DNA of 64,000 nt from the IMG/VR virus record IMGVR_UViG_3300009068_000023, one strand, 5' to 3'. Below are positions 53,777 through 63,833 of this stretch, piece after piece. The DNA comes from a virus. How positions within the stretch are numbered: position 1 is the first letter of the stretch; the number at the start of each line of letters is the position of its first letter. The position numbers and the translations under genes were made by a program. A model generated the notes under the pieces. The model was not told the DNA's origin and did not search any database. It saw only the letters and a list, made by a program, of their open reading frames with translations.

Positions 53777-54442
53777 ATGAAACTAATTAGCGAACTAGTA
53801 GAAGAAGTAAGATACGTTGTAGAAGAAAAGGAAGCAGGCAAAAAAGACTTCTACATTGAGGGTGTCTATCTTCAAGGCAACATTAAGAACAGAAATAACC
53901 GTGTCTATAAAACTGAAACTCTTGATAGAGAAGTTAATAGATACATCAAAGAATATGTTGAAAAGAATAGAGCTTTTGGAGAGCTAGGACATCCATCAGG
54001 ACCTACTCTTAATCTAGAACGCTCATCGCATATTATAAAGAGCCTTAAGAGAGAAGGCAACAATTTTATTGGTAAGGCCAAGATTCTAGATACTCCATAC
54101 GGTAATATCGTTAAGAATTTAATGCAAGAAGGAGCACAACTGGGTGTTTCTTCAAGAGGAATGGGCACAGTAAAAACAAATAAAGAAGGTATCCAAGAAG
54201 TACAAGATGACTTTTATCTTGCTACAGCAGCGGATATCGTTGCCGATCCTTCAGCACCAGATGCTTTTGTAAGAGGTATTATGGAAGGTGTTGAATGGGT
54301 AATGAATCCTGATGGCGGTTTTAAAATGATTCAAGTCACAGAAACAATGCGCACAGAAATGAAAAAAATGACTAGCCGTCAAATTCAAGAAGGTAAGATG
54401 CATTTATTCCAAAAATTCCTTGATGAATTAATAAAAAAGTAA
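53777..54442 (+). CDS. gp21: Prohead protease gp21
   Basis: NRNNRVY, GELGHP, GVSSRGMG and DIVADPSAPDAFV motifs. Confidence 0.95.
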   Translation: MKLISELVEEVRYVVEEKEAGKKDFYIEGVYLQGNIKNRNNRVYKTETLDREVNRYIKEYVEKNRAFGELGHPSGPTLNLERSSHIIKSLKREGNNFIGKAKILDTPYGNIVKNLMQEGAQLGVSSRGMGTVKTNKEGIQEVQDDFYLATAADIVADPSAPDAFVRGIMEGVEWVMNPDGGFKMIQVTETMRTEMKKMTSRQIQEGKMHLFQKFLDELIKK

Positions 54443-54456
54443 TAAAAATAAAGTTT

Positions 54457-54464
54457 TATAAATA
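54457..54464 (+). promoter_or_regulatory. T4-type late promoter TATAAATA (gp22)
   Basis: Exact consensus, intergenic. Confidence 0.8.
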
Positions 54465-54490
54465 ACTTTACCAGTTTAAGGAGTATTAAA

Positions 54491-55459
54491 ATGACACAAG
54501 AGATTAATGAGTTTATGGACGTAGGAGGCGGTGCTACAGGAGCTTCGAAGGTTCCTGAGCCAGTAGCAAAAACCGCTACACTACCCAATTCAAAGAAGCA
54601 AGGAGATACATCTCCTCAGAAGGTTGAGGGTGAGGTAGAAGATACAGATAGTGAGAATAACACAAAGCCAACTGGCGATATGTCTGCTAAGAATAGAGCT
54701 TCTATACAAACTCATGGTGGTAGTGGCGCCATGAAGGAAGATATGGAAAACCTATTCCAAGGTGAAGATCTTTCAGAAGAGTTCAAAGAAAAGGCTACGA
54801 CTATTTTTGAAGCCGCTGTCGGCGCAAAGGTAGACGAAATAACAGAACAACTTCAAGCCGAGTTTGATGCCAAGCTTGAAGAGCAAGTAGTTTCTGTTGT
54901 TGGCGAAATTTCAGAAACTCTTGACGACTATTTAAATTACATTGTGAACGGATGGCTTGAAGAGAATGAAGTAGCAATTGAGACAAGCCTACGCTCAGAA
55001 ATTACAGAAGAATTCATCGAAGGTCTCAAGAATTTATTCGTTGAGCACTACATTGATATCCCTGAAGACAAGGTTGATGTCGTCGAAGAATTGTCTGTTA
55101 AGGTTGAAGAACTTGAAGGCAAGCTTAATGAAGCTATGAATGACAATATTGAACTAAACAAGGCACTGCAAGAAAACGCCAAGAATCAAATTTTTGCAGA
55201 TGTTTGCGAAGGTCTAGCTGATACACAAGCTGACAAGTTCGCTACTCTAGCTGAAAACGTTCAATTTGAAGATGTTGATTCATACAGACGCAAGCTTGAA
55301 ATAGTCAAAGAAAATTACTTCTCTGCAAAGAAAGTAAGATCTAACATCATCCAAGAAGAAGTAGACAATGCTAGCGATGAAGCTCAAGCTCAGCCAGTAA
55401 AGATGACTGGTCCTGTTGCTAACTACGTACAAGCAATTTCTCGCTCCATAAAGAAATAA
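54491..55459 (+). CDS. gp22: Prohead scaffolding protein gp22
   Basis: LSEEFKEKA.TIFEAAV, YL.Y....W..EN and F.EHYI..P motifs; acidic coiled coil. Confidence 0.92.
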   Translation: MTQEINEFMDVGGGATGASKVPEPVAKTATLPNSKKQGDTSPQKVEGEVEDTDSENNTKPTGDMSAKNRASIQTHGGSGAMKEDMENLFQGEDLSEEFKEKATTIFEAAVGAKVDEITEQLQAEFDAKLEEQVVSVVGEISETLDDYLNYIVNGWLEENEVAIETSLRSEITEEFIEGLKNLFVEHYIDIPEDKVDVVEELSVKVEELEGKLNEAMNDNIELNKALQENAKNQIFADVCEGLADTQADKFATLAENVQFEDVDSYRRKLEIVKENYFSAKKVRSNIIQEEVDNASDEAQAQPVKMTGPVANYVQAISRSIKK

Positions 55460-55462
55460 AAA

Positions 55463-55470
55463 TATAAATA
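55463..55470 (+). promoter_or_regulatory. T4-type late promoter TATAAATA (gp23)
   Basis: Exact consensus, intergenic. Confidence 0.82.
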
Positions 55471-55507
55471 TTTAACTACCCACAATTTTAAAACAAGGGA
55501 GACTAAG

Positions 55508-56860
55508 ATGTATATCAATGAAGAAATTCAACAAAAGTGGCAGCCAGTGCTTGAGCACGCTGATCTACCAAAGATCGGTGATTCGCACAAGCGCTATGTT
55601 ACTGCTACAATCCTAGAGAACACCGAGCGCGCTCTTCGCGAAGCTGGTCAAATCTCGCGTGGTAGCCAGCATCTTTTTGAAGCTGGTCAACCAGTTAACG
55701 CAATGCAAGGTTCGTCGTCAGACGGTACAACTGGCTCGGTAGATATTTTCGATCCAGTTCTTATCAGCCTTGTTCGTCGTTCGATGCCTAACCTAATCGC
55801 TTACGATATCTGCGGCGTACAGCCAATGACAGGCCCAACAGGCTTGATCTTCGCAATGCGTGCCCGTTATGCTAACCAAGCTGGTACCGAAGCATTCTAC
55901 AACGAAGTCAACACAGCATTCTCGACAATCGTTGGTGGCGGTGCTCAGATCGGTAACGCACACGTTGGTGCTCTAGGTAGCGGTGCTAACACCACCCTTC
56001 TAGCTCAATCAGCTAACGTTAACTATGCCCAAGGTATGTCGACATCGACTTCAGAATATCTTGGCTCGAACAACACGCTAGTATTCCCAGAAATGGCTTT
56101 CTCAATCGAGAAGGTTTCGGTAACAGCTAAGACACGTGCTCTAAAGGCTGAGTACACAATGGAACTTGCACAAGATCTACGTGCTGTTCATGGTCTTGAT
56201 GCTGAAACAGAACTAAGCAACATTCTTTCGTCAGAAATTCTTGCTGAAATCAACCGCGAAGTTATCCGTACAATCTACGTAACTGCTAAGCAGGGTTCGC
56301 TAGAAGGCACAACATCTGCCGGTATTTTCGACCTAGACACCGACTCGAACGGTCGTTGGTCAGTTGAAAAGTTCAAGGGTCTAATGTTCCAACTCGAAAG
56401 AGAAGCCAACAAGATCGCCAAGGACACAAGACGTGGTAAGGGCAACGTAGTACTATGCTCGTCAGACGTTGCTTCAGCTCTTCAAATGGCTGGCGTTCTA
56501 GACTACGCTCCTGCTCTTAACAGCAACAACCTACAAGTTGATGATACCGGTGCAACATTCGCTGGTGTACTAAACGGCCGTATCCGCGTTTACATCGATC
56601 CATATTCGACAGGTAACTTCTTCATGATGGGTTACAAGGGTTCGTCGCCATTTGACGCCGGCCTCTTCTACTGCCCATACGTTCCTCTACAAATGGTTCG
56701 TGCTGTAGACCAAGACACCTTCCAACCAAAGATTGGCTTCAAGACCCGTTATGGTATGGTTGCCAACCCATTTGCTGAAGGTGCAAGCGCCCAACTAGGT
56801 CGCCTAGCAGAAAACAGCAATATATACTATCGCCGTACTATTGTTAACAACCTAATGTAA
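55508..56860 (+). CDS. gp23: Major capsid protein gp23
   Basis: GVQPMTGPTGLIFAMR, RALKAEYT.ELAQDL.A.HGLDAE.EL, FYCPYVPL and GFKTRYG motifs. Confidence 0.97.
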   Translation: MYINEEIQQKWQPVLEHADLPKIGDSHKRYVTATILENTERALREAGQISRGSQHLFEAGQPVNAMQGSSSDGTTGSVDIFDPVLISLVRRSMPNLIAYDICGVQPMTGPTGLIFAMRARYANQAGTEAFYNEVNTAFSTIVGGGAQIGNAHVGALGSGANTTLLAQSANVNYAQGMSTSTSEYLGSNNTLVFPEMAFSIEKVSVTAKTRALKAEYTMELAQDLRAVHGLDAETELSNILSSEILAEINREVIRTIYVTAKQGSLEGTTSAGIFDLDTDSNGRWSVEKFKGLMFQLEREANKIAKDTRRGKGNVVLCSSDVASALQMAGVLDYAPALNSNNLQVDDTGATFAGVLNGRIRVYIDPYSTGNFFMMGYKGSSPFDAGLFYCPYVPLQMVRAVDQDTFQPKIGFKTRYGMVANPFAEGASAQLGRLAENSNIYYRRTIVNNLM

Positions 56861-56897
56861 TATTAGACATAAAAATATAATAGTATAGCTGCATATT

Positions 56898-56925
56898 AAG
56901 CCCGCTGGAAACAGCGGGCTTTTTT
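56898..56925 (+). terminator. Rho-independent terminator after gp23
   Basis: AAGCCCGCTG-GAAA-CAGCGGGCTT followed by a T-run. Confidence 0.9.
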
Positions 56926-56928
56926 CTT

Positions 56929-56936
56929 TATAAATA
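56929..56936 (+). promoter_or_regulatory. T4-type late promoter TATAAATA (gp3)
   Basis: Exact consensus right after the terminator and only 5 nt before ATG 56942, so the transcript is possibly leaderless. Confidence 0.7.
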
Positions 56937-56941
56937 AGCAT

Positions 56942-57466
56942 ATGAGCGCAATAAACAACATTCCAAACAATCCTAATTTTCTCTCTCCTCTAGGCTTTAA
57001 GTTTAGTATAAAGAGATGTCCAGGATTTAACTACTTCGTCCAGTCAGCATCAGTGCCAGGAACTAGTATTGGTGTTGCTACAGTGTCTACCCCATTCGTA
57101 GATCTTCCATTCACTGGTGTCAAGAACACATATGAAGATCTAAGAATCACTTTCAAGGTAGACGAAGAGCTCCGCAACTACAAAGAAATATTTGACTGGA
57201 TGACAGCTATCAGCTTCCCAGACAACTTTGATCAATACGGTTCAATAGCTAATTCAAAAGCAGGCTCTGGCACAGGCATCTATTCTGATGCAACGCTTAC
57301 AATTCTAAACAGTGCCAGAAATCCTATCATGGATGTATACTTTAAGAATCTGTTTCCATACGCGCTTTCAGAACTTAAGTTCAGTACTACAGATACTGAT
57401 GTCAACTACATTGAAGTATCAGCAGACTTCAAATATCAAACCTTTACAATGGGTTACTTGACTTAA
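56942..57466 (+). CDS. gp3: Tail tube terminator/completion protein gp3
   Basis: NFLSP.GFKF, F.VDE...NY.EI..W and SDATL.IL.S motifs; position after gp23. Confidence 0.85.
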   Translation: MSAINNIPNNPNFLSPLGFKFSIKRCPGFNYFVQSASVPGTSIGVATVSTPFVDLPFTGVKNTYEDLRITFKVDEELRNYKEIFDWMTAISFPDNFDQYGSIANSKAGSGTGIYSDATLTILNSARNPIMDVYFKNLFPYALSELKFSTTDTDVNYIEVSADFKYQTFTMGYLT

Positions 57467-57486
57467 GTAACAGTATATACTATAAT
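57458..57486 (+). promoter_or_regulatory. Sigma70-type promoter TTGACT-N17-TATAAT upstream of uvsY
   Basis: -35 at 57458-57463, 17-nt spacer, perfect -10 at 57481-57486. Confidence 0.8.
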
Positions 57487-57512
57487 ACTAGCAATTAACT
57501 AAGGTAATTGCT

Positions 57513-57947
57513 ATGAAGTTAGAAGAAATACAACAGCATTGGGAACGCGATTCAACCGTCGATCGCACCGAGCTAGGTGAAGAAAGTCTTAGGATACCTC
57601 AATTACATTCGAAATACTTTAAGTTCTTTTCTGCAGAAAGACTTCTTCTTAGAAAGATGGAGTATGAGTACAAGAGTTTACATAAAGAGAAGTACGAGTA
57701 TTACGCAGGAACACTAGATGAAAATACTCTTAATGCTAACGGCTGGGAACCTTTTGCATTGAGAGTTCTTAGAGCAGATATTCCAATGTATCTAGATTCA
57801 GATACAGACATACGGAATGCTTCTCTTAAAATTAAGATGCAGGAAGAGAAGGTAGAGTTTTTAGAATCTATCCTCAAGTCACTTCCTAATAGAGGGTATC
57901 AAATTGCTCAAGCAATAGCGTGGGAGAAGTTTAAAGTTGGTGCCTGA
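57513..57947 (+). CDS. uvsY: Recombination mediator UvsY
   Basis: W..DS..D...L..ES..IP.LH.KY, YY.G and R.YQI..AI.W.KF motifs. Confidence 0.9.
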   Translation: MKLEEIQQHWERDSTVDRTELGEESLRIPQLHSKYFKFFSAERLLLRKMEYEYKSLHKEKYEYYAGTLDENTLNANGWEPFALRVLRADIPMYLDSDTDIRNASLKIKMQEEKVEFLESILKSLPNRGYQIAQAIAWEKFKVGA

Positions 57948-59412
57948 TATAGTCATAGAAAAAATTAATGATGCATATATTAAAGCTCATTGCGATCAAA
58001 GTATAGCGCAAGAGCTGAGTGACTATTTTACGTTTGTAGTACCGGGTGCAGACCATATTAAAAGAGCACGTGCAAAGAAGACTGGCAGACCTATTAGATG
58101 GGATGGCAAGATTCGTCTTTTTAGTGCGGCAACACATCGCATTCATGCAGGCTTAAGATTACATCTAGAGCTATTTGCAAGAGAAAATAACTATACAGTA
58201 GATTACGAAAATAGAGAAGATTTTCTCGAATCAGAATTTTCAGTAGACGAAGCAAACGAATTTATTTCATCTTTAAAACTAACGCTTCAGCCTAGAGACT
58301 ATCAAATAGAAGCGTTTGTTCATGCAGTGCGCAATAAAAGAGCTCTTCTATTATCTCCGACCGCATCCGGTAAATCATTAATCATATATTTACTCTCTAG
58401 ATACTTCTATGAGAGCGGTAAAGTGCTGGTGGTAGTACCTACTACTTCACTAGTACATCAGATGGCATCTGACTTCGGTGAATATAGCGGTATAAACAGC
58501 GATAAGTTCTGCCATAAGATTCTTTCTGGAGCAGAAAAAGAATCAAGCATGCCATTCGTTATATCGACCTGGCAATCAATCTACAAGATGCCAGCCGAAT
58601 GGTTTGAGCAGTTTAAGGTTGTAGTAGGGGATGAAGCGCACTTGTTTAAAGCAGACAGCCTTTCATCTATAATGAATAAGCTAGTAGATTGCCCTATACG
58701 TTTTGGCTTTACAGGTACACTAGACGGCTCACAAACACACAAGCTAGTATTAGAAGGTTTGTTTGGACCAGTCAAGAAGATCACTACAACTGCAGAACTT
58801 ATAGAACAAAAGCACCTTGCAGACTTTAAGATTAAGGCATTAATTCTTACATATCCGGAACTTATTAGACAGCAGTTTAAAGGTCTATCGTACCAAGACG
58901 AAATAGACTATATAGTTAGATGTGAGCCAAGAAATAGGTTTATAGTTAATCTAACACGCTCTCTTAAAGGCAATACGCTATTATTATTCCAATACGTTGA
59001 AAAGCATGGAGATGTGTTATACAATATGCTGAAAGGGGATAATGTATTCTTCGTCTCCGGATCGGTAAAGGGTGAAATAAGAGAAGATATTAGACGAGCA
59101 GTAGAAGAGTGTGATGATGCTATTATTATCGCTTCTTACGGTACCTTTTCAACTGGAGTAAATATTAAAAATCTGCACAACGTCGTATTCGCAAGCCCTA
59201 CAAAGTCCCGCATTAGAAACCTACAATCGATAGGGCGTGGCTTGAGAAAGGGAGATAAGAAAACATCCGCCGTGCTTTATGATATTGCTGACGATTTGTC
59301 CTGGAAGTCAAGAAAAAACTTTACTTTGTTACATTTTGCAGAAAGACTAAAGATCTATAACGAAGAAAGATTTAGTTATAAAACATATAATATAGGACTA
59401 AATTTCGTATGA
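57937..59412 (+). CDS. uvsW: RNA-DNA/DNA helicase UvsW
   Basis: WDGKIRLF, SPTASGKS, GDEAH, FTGT and LQSIGRGLR motifs; GTG start. Confidence 0.95.
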   Translation: MVPDIVIEKINDAYIKAHCDQSIAQELSDYFTFVVPGADHIKRARAKKTGRPIRWDGKIRLFSAATHRIHAGLRLHLELFARENNYTVDYENREDFLESEFSVDEANEFISSLKLTLQPRDYQIEAFVHAVRNKRALLLSPTASGKSLIIYLLSRYFYESGKVLVVVPTTSLVHQMASDFGEYSGINSDKFCHKILSGAEKESSMPFVISTWQSIYKMPAEWFEQFKVVVGDEAHLFKADSLSSIMNKLVDCPIRFGFTGTLDGSQTHKLVLEGLFGPVKKITTTAELIEQKHLADFKIKALILTYPELIRQQFKGLSYQDEIDYIVRCEPRNRFIVNLTRSLKGNTLLLFQYVEKHGDVLYNMLKGDNVFFVSGSVKGEIREDIRRAVEECDDAIIIASYGTFSTGVNIKNLHNVVFASPTKSRIRNLQSIGRGLRKGDKKTSAVLYDIADDLSWKSRKNFTLLHFAERLKIYNEERFSYKTYNIGLNFV

Positions 59413-59813
59413 ATACACTCCTTATCAAACTAGTAGACGGAACCGAAGTTATTGGTAGCATTAACAATAATTCCGACGGTGGTGTAACTATTACCGATCC
59501 GCTACAAGTAAACTACTATGTAAGAAACCCCGCATCAGCGCCTATCATTACATTGCATCGCTATATGCCTATGTCAGACCAGAAGGAGTATAGCTTTTTA
59601 CAATCTCATATTCTCTCAGTTGCTAATCCTAAGAAGGGCATGATTGAATATTATCGAGCGACATTAAAGGATATAACTAATAACTTTGATTTTGATCTTA
59701 ATAACGAACTTATGGAGAAGGCAGCATATGCTACCGAACTGACTGATAATGTCTCGAAAGAAGTAGCTGAGGCTTTGTTAGAAAAGGTGCTTAAGAAGCC
59801 GCTAATTAACTAA
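59409..59813 (+). CDS. Conserved hypothetical protein between uvsW and gp55
   Basis: IKLVDG.EVIG...I..PL Sm-like start; syntenic position. Confidence 0.7.
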   Translation: MNTLLIKLVDGTEVIGSINNNSDGGVTITDPLQVNYYVRNPASAPIITLHRYMPMSDQKEYSFLQSHILSVANPKKGMIEYYRATLKDITNNFDFDLNNELMEKAAYATELTDNVSKEVAEALLEKVLKKPLIN

Positions 59814-60388
59814 TGAAAGATAAAACGCACTATGTAGATAATAAAAAGCTTCTTGAAGCGATGGTTGAGTATAAAGCAAAGGTTGACGAAGCAAAAGCTA
59901 ATAACGTACTCAAGCCTCAGATACCGACGTATATCGGCCACTGTATGCTTATGATAGCTAGAAGGCTTTCTCACAAACCTAACTTTATTAACTATCCGTA
60001 TAGAGAAGAGATGATTAGCGATGGGGTAGAGAATTGCGTAAGTTATATTGATAACTTTGACCCTAATAAATCTAACAATCCGTTCTCATACTTTACTCAA
60101 ATTATCTACTTTGCGTTTTTGCGTAGAATTCTTAAAGAGAAGAAGCAGCTTTATATTAAGCATAAGTCCTTAGAAAATAGTATTGTATTTAATATGGCAG
60201 TAGATCAAAATGACTTCGATGATAACGACTATACATCATCAGCTGTATCAGATTTAGAAAACGAAAACATGAATGACTTTATTAAGAATTTTGAGCTTAA
60301 TCTTAGCAAGAAAAAGATCAAGCGCAAGAAGGGTGTTGAAGTTTTTATAGAGGATGAGGCTCCCATTGAAAATAGCGATAGTAACTGA
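59813..60388 (+). CDS. gp55: Late transcription sigma factor gp55
   Basis: HYVDNK, LS.KPNF.NY.YREEMI.DG.ENC and NPFSYFTQI.Y.AFLRRI..EKKQ motifs. Confidence 0.95.
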   Translation: MKDKTHYVDNKKLLEAMVEYKAKVDEAKANNVLKPQIPTYIGHCMLMIARRLSHKPNFINYPYREEMISDGVENCVSYIDNFDPNKSNNPFSYFTQIIYFAFLRRILKEKKQLYIKHKSLENSIVFNMAVDQNDFDDNDYTSSAVSDLENENMNDFIKNFELNLSKKKIKRKKGVEVFIEDEAPIENSDSN

Positions 60389-61436
60389 TACACATTATGG
60401 TGCAAGAGGCGATAGCGTACACTTTTCAAACTACTTTGAAAGATTTTATAGTAGCGTTTTCTTCCCGTACCTAGACGAAAATAATATTAGTACTGTACTA
60501 CATCTTGGTGATGTATTCGACAGACGTAAGTATATTAACTTTGCATCACTAAAAGCATGCCGTGATTATTTCTTTGAGCAGTTAAAGAAAAGAAATATCG
60601 ATACGCATATGATTGCAGGTAATCATGATACGTTCTATAAGAACACGAACGAAGTAAATGCACTAGATCTGTTGCTTGGTGAATACGATAATATTAAAGT
60701 TTACGATACACCTCAAGATGTTGCTTTTGACGGAACTGATATCCTAATGATGCCGTGGATATGCTCAGGCAACTACCAAGACTGCATGAGAGCAATCGAC
60801 AATACCAAAGCACAAATTCTATTCGGCCACCTAGAGATTAGTGGCTTTGAAATGTATAGAGGCAGTATTAATGACGGCGGTATGGATAGCGTTACGTTTA
60901 GTAAGTTCGATCTAGTATGTTCAGGGCACTTCCACCACCGCTCATCAAGAAATAATATTAACTATCTTGGTACGCCTTATGAAATTACTTGGTCTGACTT
61001 TAACGACCAAAAAGGATTTCATATATTTGATACCGATACAAGAGAGCTTAAATTTATTCCTAACCCTCTGACGATGTTTAGAAAAGTCTTCTATGATGAT
61101 TTGAATAAGAATGCTGCTGAAGTTATCGTAGATGATTTTAGCGCTTACACTAATTGTTATGTTAAGGTGATTGTTAAAAACAAAACTAACCCTATGTGGT
61201 TTGATATGTTTATTGAGAAGCTAGAAAAAGCAAACATATTAGATATCCAGGTAGTAGAAGACCACCTGAATCTAGATCTCGAAGATGACGATGATATCAT
61301 TAATGAAGCAGAAGATACTTTATCTATTCTGAACAAGTATGTGGATCAATTTGATGCAGAAGTCGACAAAGTAAAGCTTGAAAATCTACTTAGAACGCTT
61401 TATAATGAGGCAGTCTCCATTGAGTATACTATCTAA
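60366..61436 (+). CDS. gp47: Recombination endonuclease subunit gp47 (Mre11/SbcD-like)
   Basis: DTHYG, LGDVFD, GNHD, GHLE and SGHFH motifs. Likely TTG start at 60366 with GAGG SD (ATG 60354 is the alternative). Confidence 0.93.
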   Translation: MKIAIVTDTHYGARGDSVHFSNYFERFYSSVFFPYLDENNISTVLHLGDVFDRRKYINFASLKACRDYFFEQLKKRNIDTHMIAGNHDTFYKNTNEVNALDLLLGEYDNIKVYDTPQDVAFDGTDILMMPWICSGNYQDCMRAIDNTKAQILFGHLEISGFEMYRGSINDGGMDSVTFSKFDLVCSGHFHHRSSRNNINYLGTPYEITWSDFNDQKGFHIFDTDTRELKFIPNPLTMFRKVFYDDLNKNAAEVIVDDFSAYTNCYVKVIVKNKTNPMWFDMFIEKLEKANILDIQVVEDHLNLDLEDDDDIINEAEDTLSILNKYVDQFDAEVDKVKLENLLRTLYNEAVSIEYTI

Positions 61437-63151
61437 TGATTTTATTTAAAAATATACGCTGGAAAAACTTCTTATCTACTGGTAACGCGTTTACTGAGAT
61501 TGACTTTCTACGCAACCGTTCAACGCTTATTGTCGGTGAGAATGGTGCTGGAAAGTCTACTCTTCTTGACGCTCTTTGCTTTGTTCTTTACGGTCGCCCG
61601 TTTCGTAAAATTAACAAGCCACAGCTTCTTAACACTATCAATGGTAAGGGGTTAGAAGTACAGTTAGAGTTTACTATCGGTAAGCATGACTATAAAGTCG
61701 TTCGAGGCATGAAGCCCAACGTCTTTGAAATCTATCAAAACGGCAATATCATTAATCAGAATGCAGAGTCAAGAGAATATCAAGAGATGTTCGAGAAAAG
61801 CATTCTGAAGCTTAACTATAAATCTTTCTCTCAAATTGTTATTCTTGGTAGTGCATCGTTCGTACCGTTCATGCAACTACCTGCAGCTCATCGCCGAGAA
61901 GTTATTGAAGATCTGTTAGACATACAAATCTTCTCGACTATGAATACTCTGCTCAAAGATAAGATTGCAGTTAATAAAGCAGACATAGTTGATAATGATT
62001 TTAAGATAAAGAGTATTGCTGAGAAGATTGAACTGCATAAGAAGTATCTTGAGTCGTTGAAGCAAAACAACGACGAGATTATTAATGAAAAGCTAGCTAT
62101 TATAAAGACTCATGAGGAAGGCATTAATGAGTCGCAGCTTACTATTAATGAGCTCACTACACAGATTAATGAGCTGGATAGTGAAACCAGTCAGATAGAA
62201 ACCCTACGTACGGAAGATAGAGATATTCGAGAACTCTATCGTAAGATGTATGAGAAGTCAGTAACACTTATTAAAGAAAATAGTTTCTATAACGACAACG
62301 ACAATTGCCCTACTTGTAAGCAAGGCATCTCAGATAATTTTAAGTGTGAGTCGAAGCAAAAGAACGACGATGACATATCAGTTATTGGTAGAGGCTTATC
62401 AAAGCTAGACAAAAAGCTTGCTATTATCAATGAAAAGATCGCAGCATACAACGAATCGCTTACAGTTCAGAAGAACCTGCAGCAGAAGGTAAACGAGCTT
62501 AACAATAAGATATCTACGCTTAATATGTTTATTACGTCTCTTAACAATGAGATAGAACAGATTAAGTCTAATACTAAGCATATTGATGCTAGCTCAAAGG
62601 AAATTAAAACTCTAAGAGAAGATCTTAAAGTTAGAATTGACCTAAAGGAATCGTTAGTTGACGATAGGCATACGTTGAGTACTGCTGCTATTCTACTTAA
62701 AGATTCTGGTATTAAGACCAAAATTATTAAGCAGTATATTCCAGTAATTAACAAGCTGATTAATAAGTATCTTGCATCAATGGACTTTTTCGTTAACTTT
62801 GAACTTAACGAAAACTTTGAAGAATCTATTAAGTCGAGGTTTAGAGATGAATTTAGCTATGAATCGTTTAGTGAAGGCGAAAAGATGCGTATCGACTTGG
62901 CTCTACTATTTACCTGGAGAGCTATTGCAAAACTTCGCAATTCTGCTAGTACTAACCTTCTTATCCTTGATGAAGTTTTCGATAGCAGCTTAGATGTTTC
63001 GGGTACGGATGAATTCTTAAAGATTATTCAGGGCATTACAGGTGAAACGAATATCTTTATTATTAGCCATAAGGGCGATGCCTTGATGGATAAGTTCCAT
63101 TCCGTTATTAAATTTGAAAAACATAAGAACTTCTCAAGAATTGCTAATTAA
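61436..63151 (+). CDS. gp46: Recombination ATPase subunit gp46 (Rad50/SbcC-like)
   Basis: GENGAGKS, CPTC zinc hook, FSEGEK signature, LDEVFD, ISHK. Confidence 0.95.
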   Translation: MILFKNIRWKNFLSTGNAFTEIDFLRNRSTLIVGENGAGKSTLLDALCFVLYGRPFRKINKPQLLNTINGKGLEVQLEFTIGKHDYKVVRGMKPNVFEIYQNGNIINQNAESREYQEMFEKSILKLNYKSFSQIVILGSASFVPFMQLPAAHRREVIEDLLDIQIFSTMNTLLKDKIAVNKADIVDNDFKIKSIAEKIELHKKYLESLKQNNDEIINEKLAIIKTHEEGINESQLTINELTTQINELDSETSQIETLRTEDRDIRELYRKMYEKSVTLIKENSFYNDNDNCPTCKQGISDNFKCESKQKNDDDISVIGRGLSKLDKKLAIINEKIAAYNESLTVQKNLQQKVNELNNKISTLNMFITSLNNEIEQIKSNTKHIDASSKEIKTLREDLKVRIDLKESLVDDRHTLSTAAILLKDSGIKTKIIKQYIPVINKLINKYLASMDFFVNFELNENFEESIKSRFRDEFSYESFSEGEKMRIDLALLFTWRAIAKLRNSASTNLLILDEVFDSSLDVSGTDEFLKIIQGITGETNIFIISHKGDALMDKFHSVIKFEKHKNFSRIAN

Positions 63152-63155
63152 CATT

Positions 63156-63833
63156 ATGAATAATCAAAATATAGATTTAAAGTATATTAATTTAACCATT
63201 AACAACGAAGTTCACAAAAAATTTTGGCCTTCAGATGATAAAATTTGTTTAAATGTTATAAGCAAAGATCTAGACAAATTTATACCGTTTATTGAAAAAT
63301 TAAAAAATAAAAATGTAGTAGTTCAAGCAGGTGGTAATTGTGGACTATATCCTTTTATTTTATCTTTCTTTTTTAAAAAGGTAATAACATTTGAGCCTAT
63401 TTTCTTTCTTTTTCATGTATTAACTTTAAATTGCAACCGAACCAACATCTATAAATTTAATTGTGCATTAAGTGATGAAGGTGGATTTACAAATATGAGT
63501 AATCCACAAGAAATTAATGTAGGCACATTTAAACTTGATTCTTCTTCTAACAACACTACTATCATTAAAACGTCTCTGGATTCTTTAAATTTAGAAGAAG
63601 TAGATTTTTTAATGCTGGATGTAGAAGGTCATGAAATGGAAGTTCTTAAAGGAGCAGAGCAAACAATAAGCAGATGTAATCCTGTAGTATTAGTAGAAAC
63701 GTCACCAGATACACATGATCGTGTTATAGAGTATTTTAAGGCAAAAAAATATACAATTGAACACACTTTTAATCCTTATGTTTCTTCGTGCAATATTCTA
63801 TTGACACCTTCTAACTATAAAAAGAAAAAATGA
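63156..63833 (+). CDS. FkbM-family methyltransferase
   Basis: VVQAGGNCG, TFEP, LD.L....VDFLMLDVEG.E..VL.GA motifs; very AT-rich. Confidence 0.85.
   Translation: MNNQNIDLKYINLTINNEVHKKFWPSDDKICLNVISKDLDKFIPFIEKLKNKNVVVQAGGNCGLYPFILSFFFKKVITFEPIFFLFHVLTLNCNRTNIYKFNCALSDEGGFTNMSNPQEINVGTFKLDSSSNNTTIIKTSLDSLNLEEVDFLMLDVEGHEMEVLKGAEQTISRCNPVVLVETSPDTHDRVIEYFKAKKYTIEHTFNPYVSSCNILLTPSNYKKKK

Noticed and set aside
46166-63151. Introns, inteins or homing endonucleases in core genes (gp17, gp20, gp23, uvsW, gp46)
   Set aside because: The genes are contiguous and of normal length, with no LAGLIDADG, HNH, GIY-YIG or intein motifs seen.
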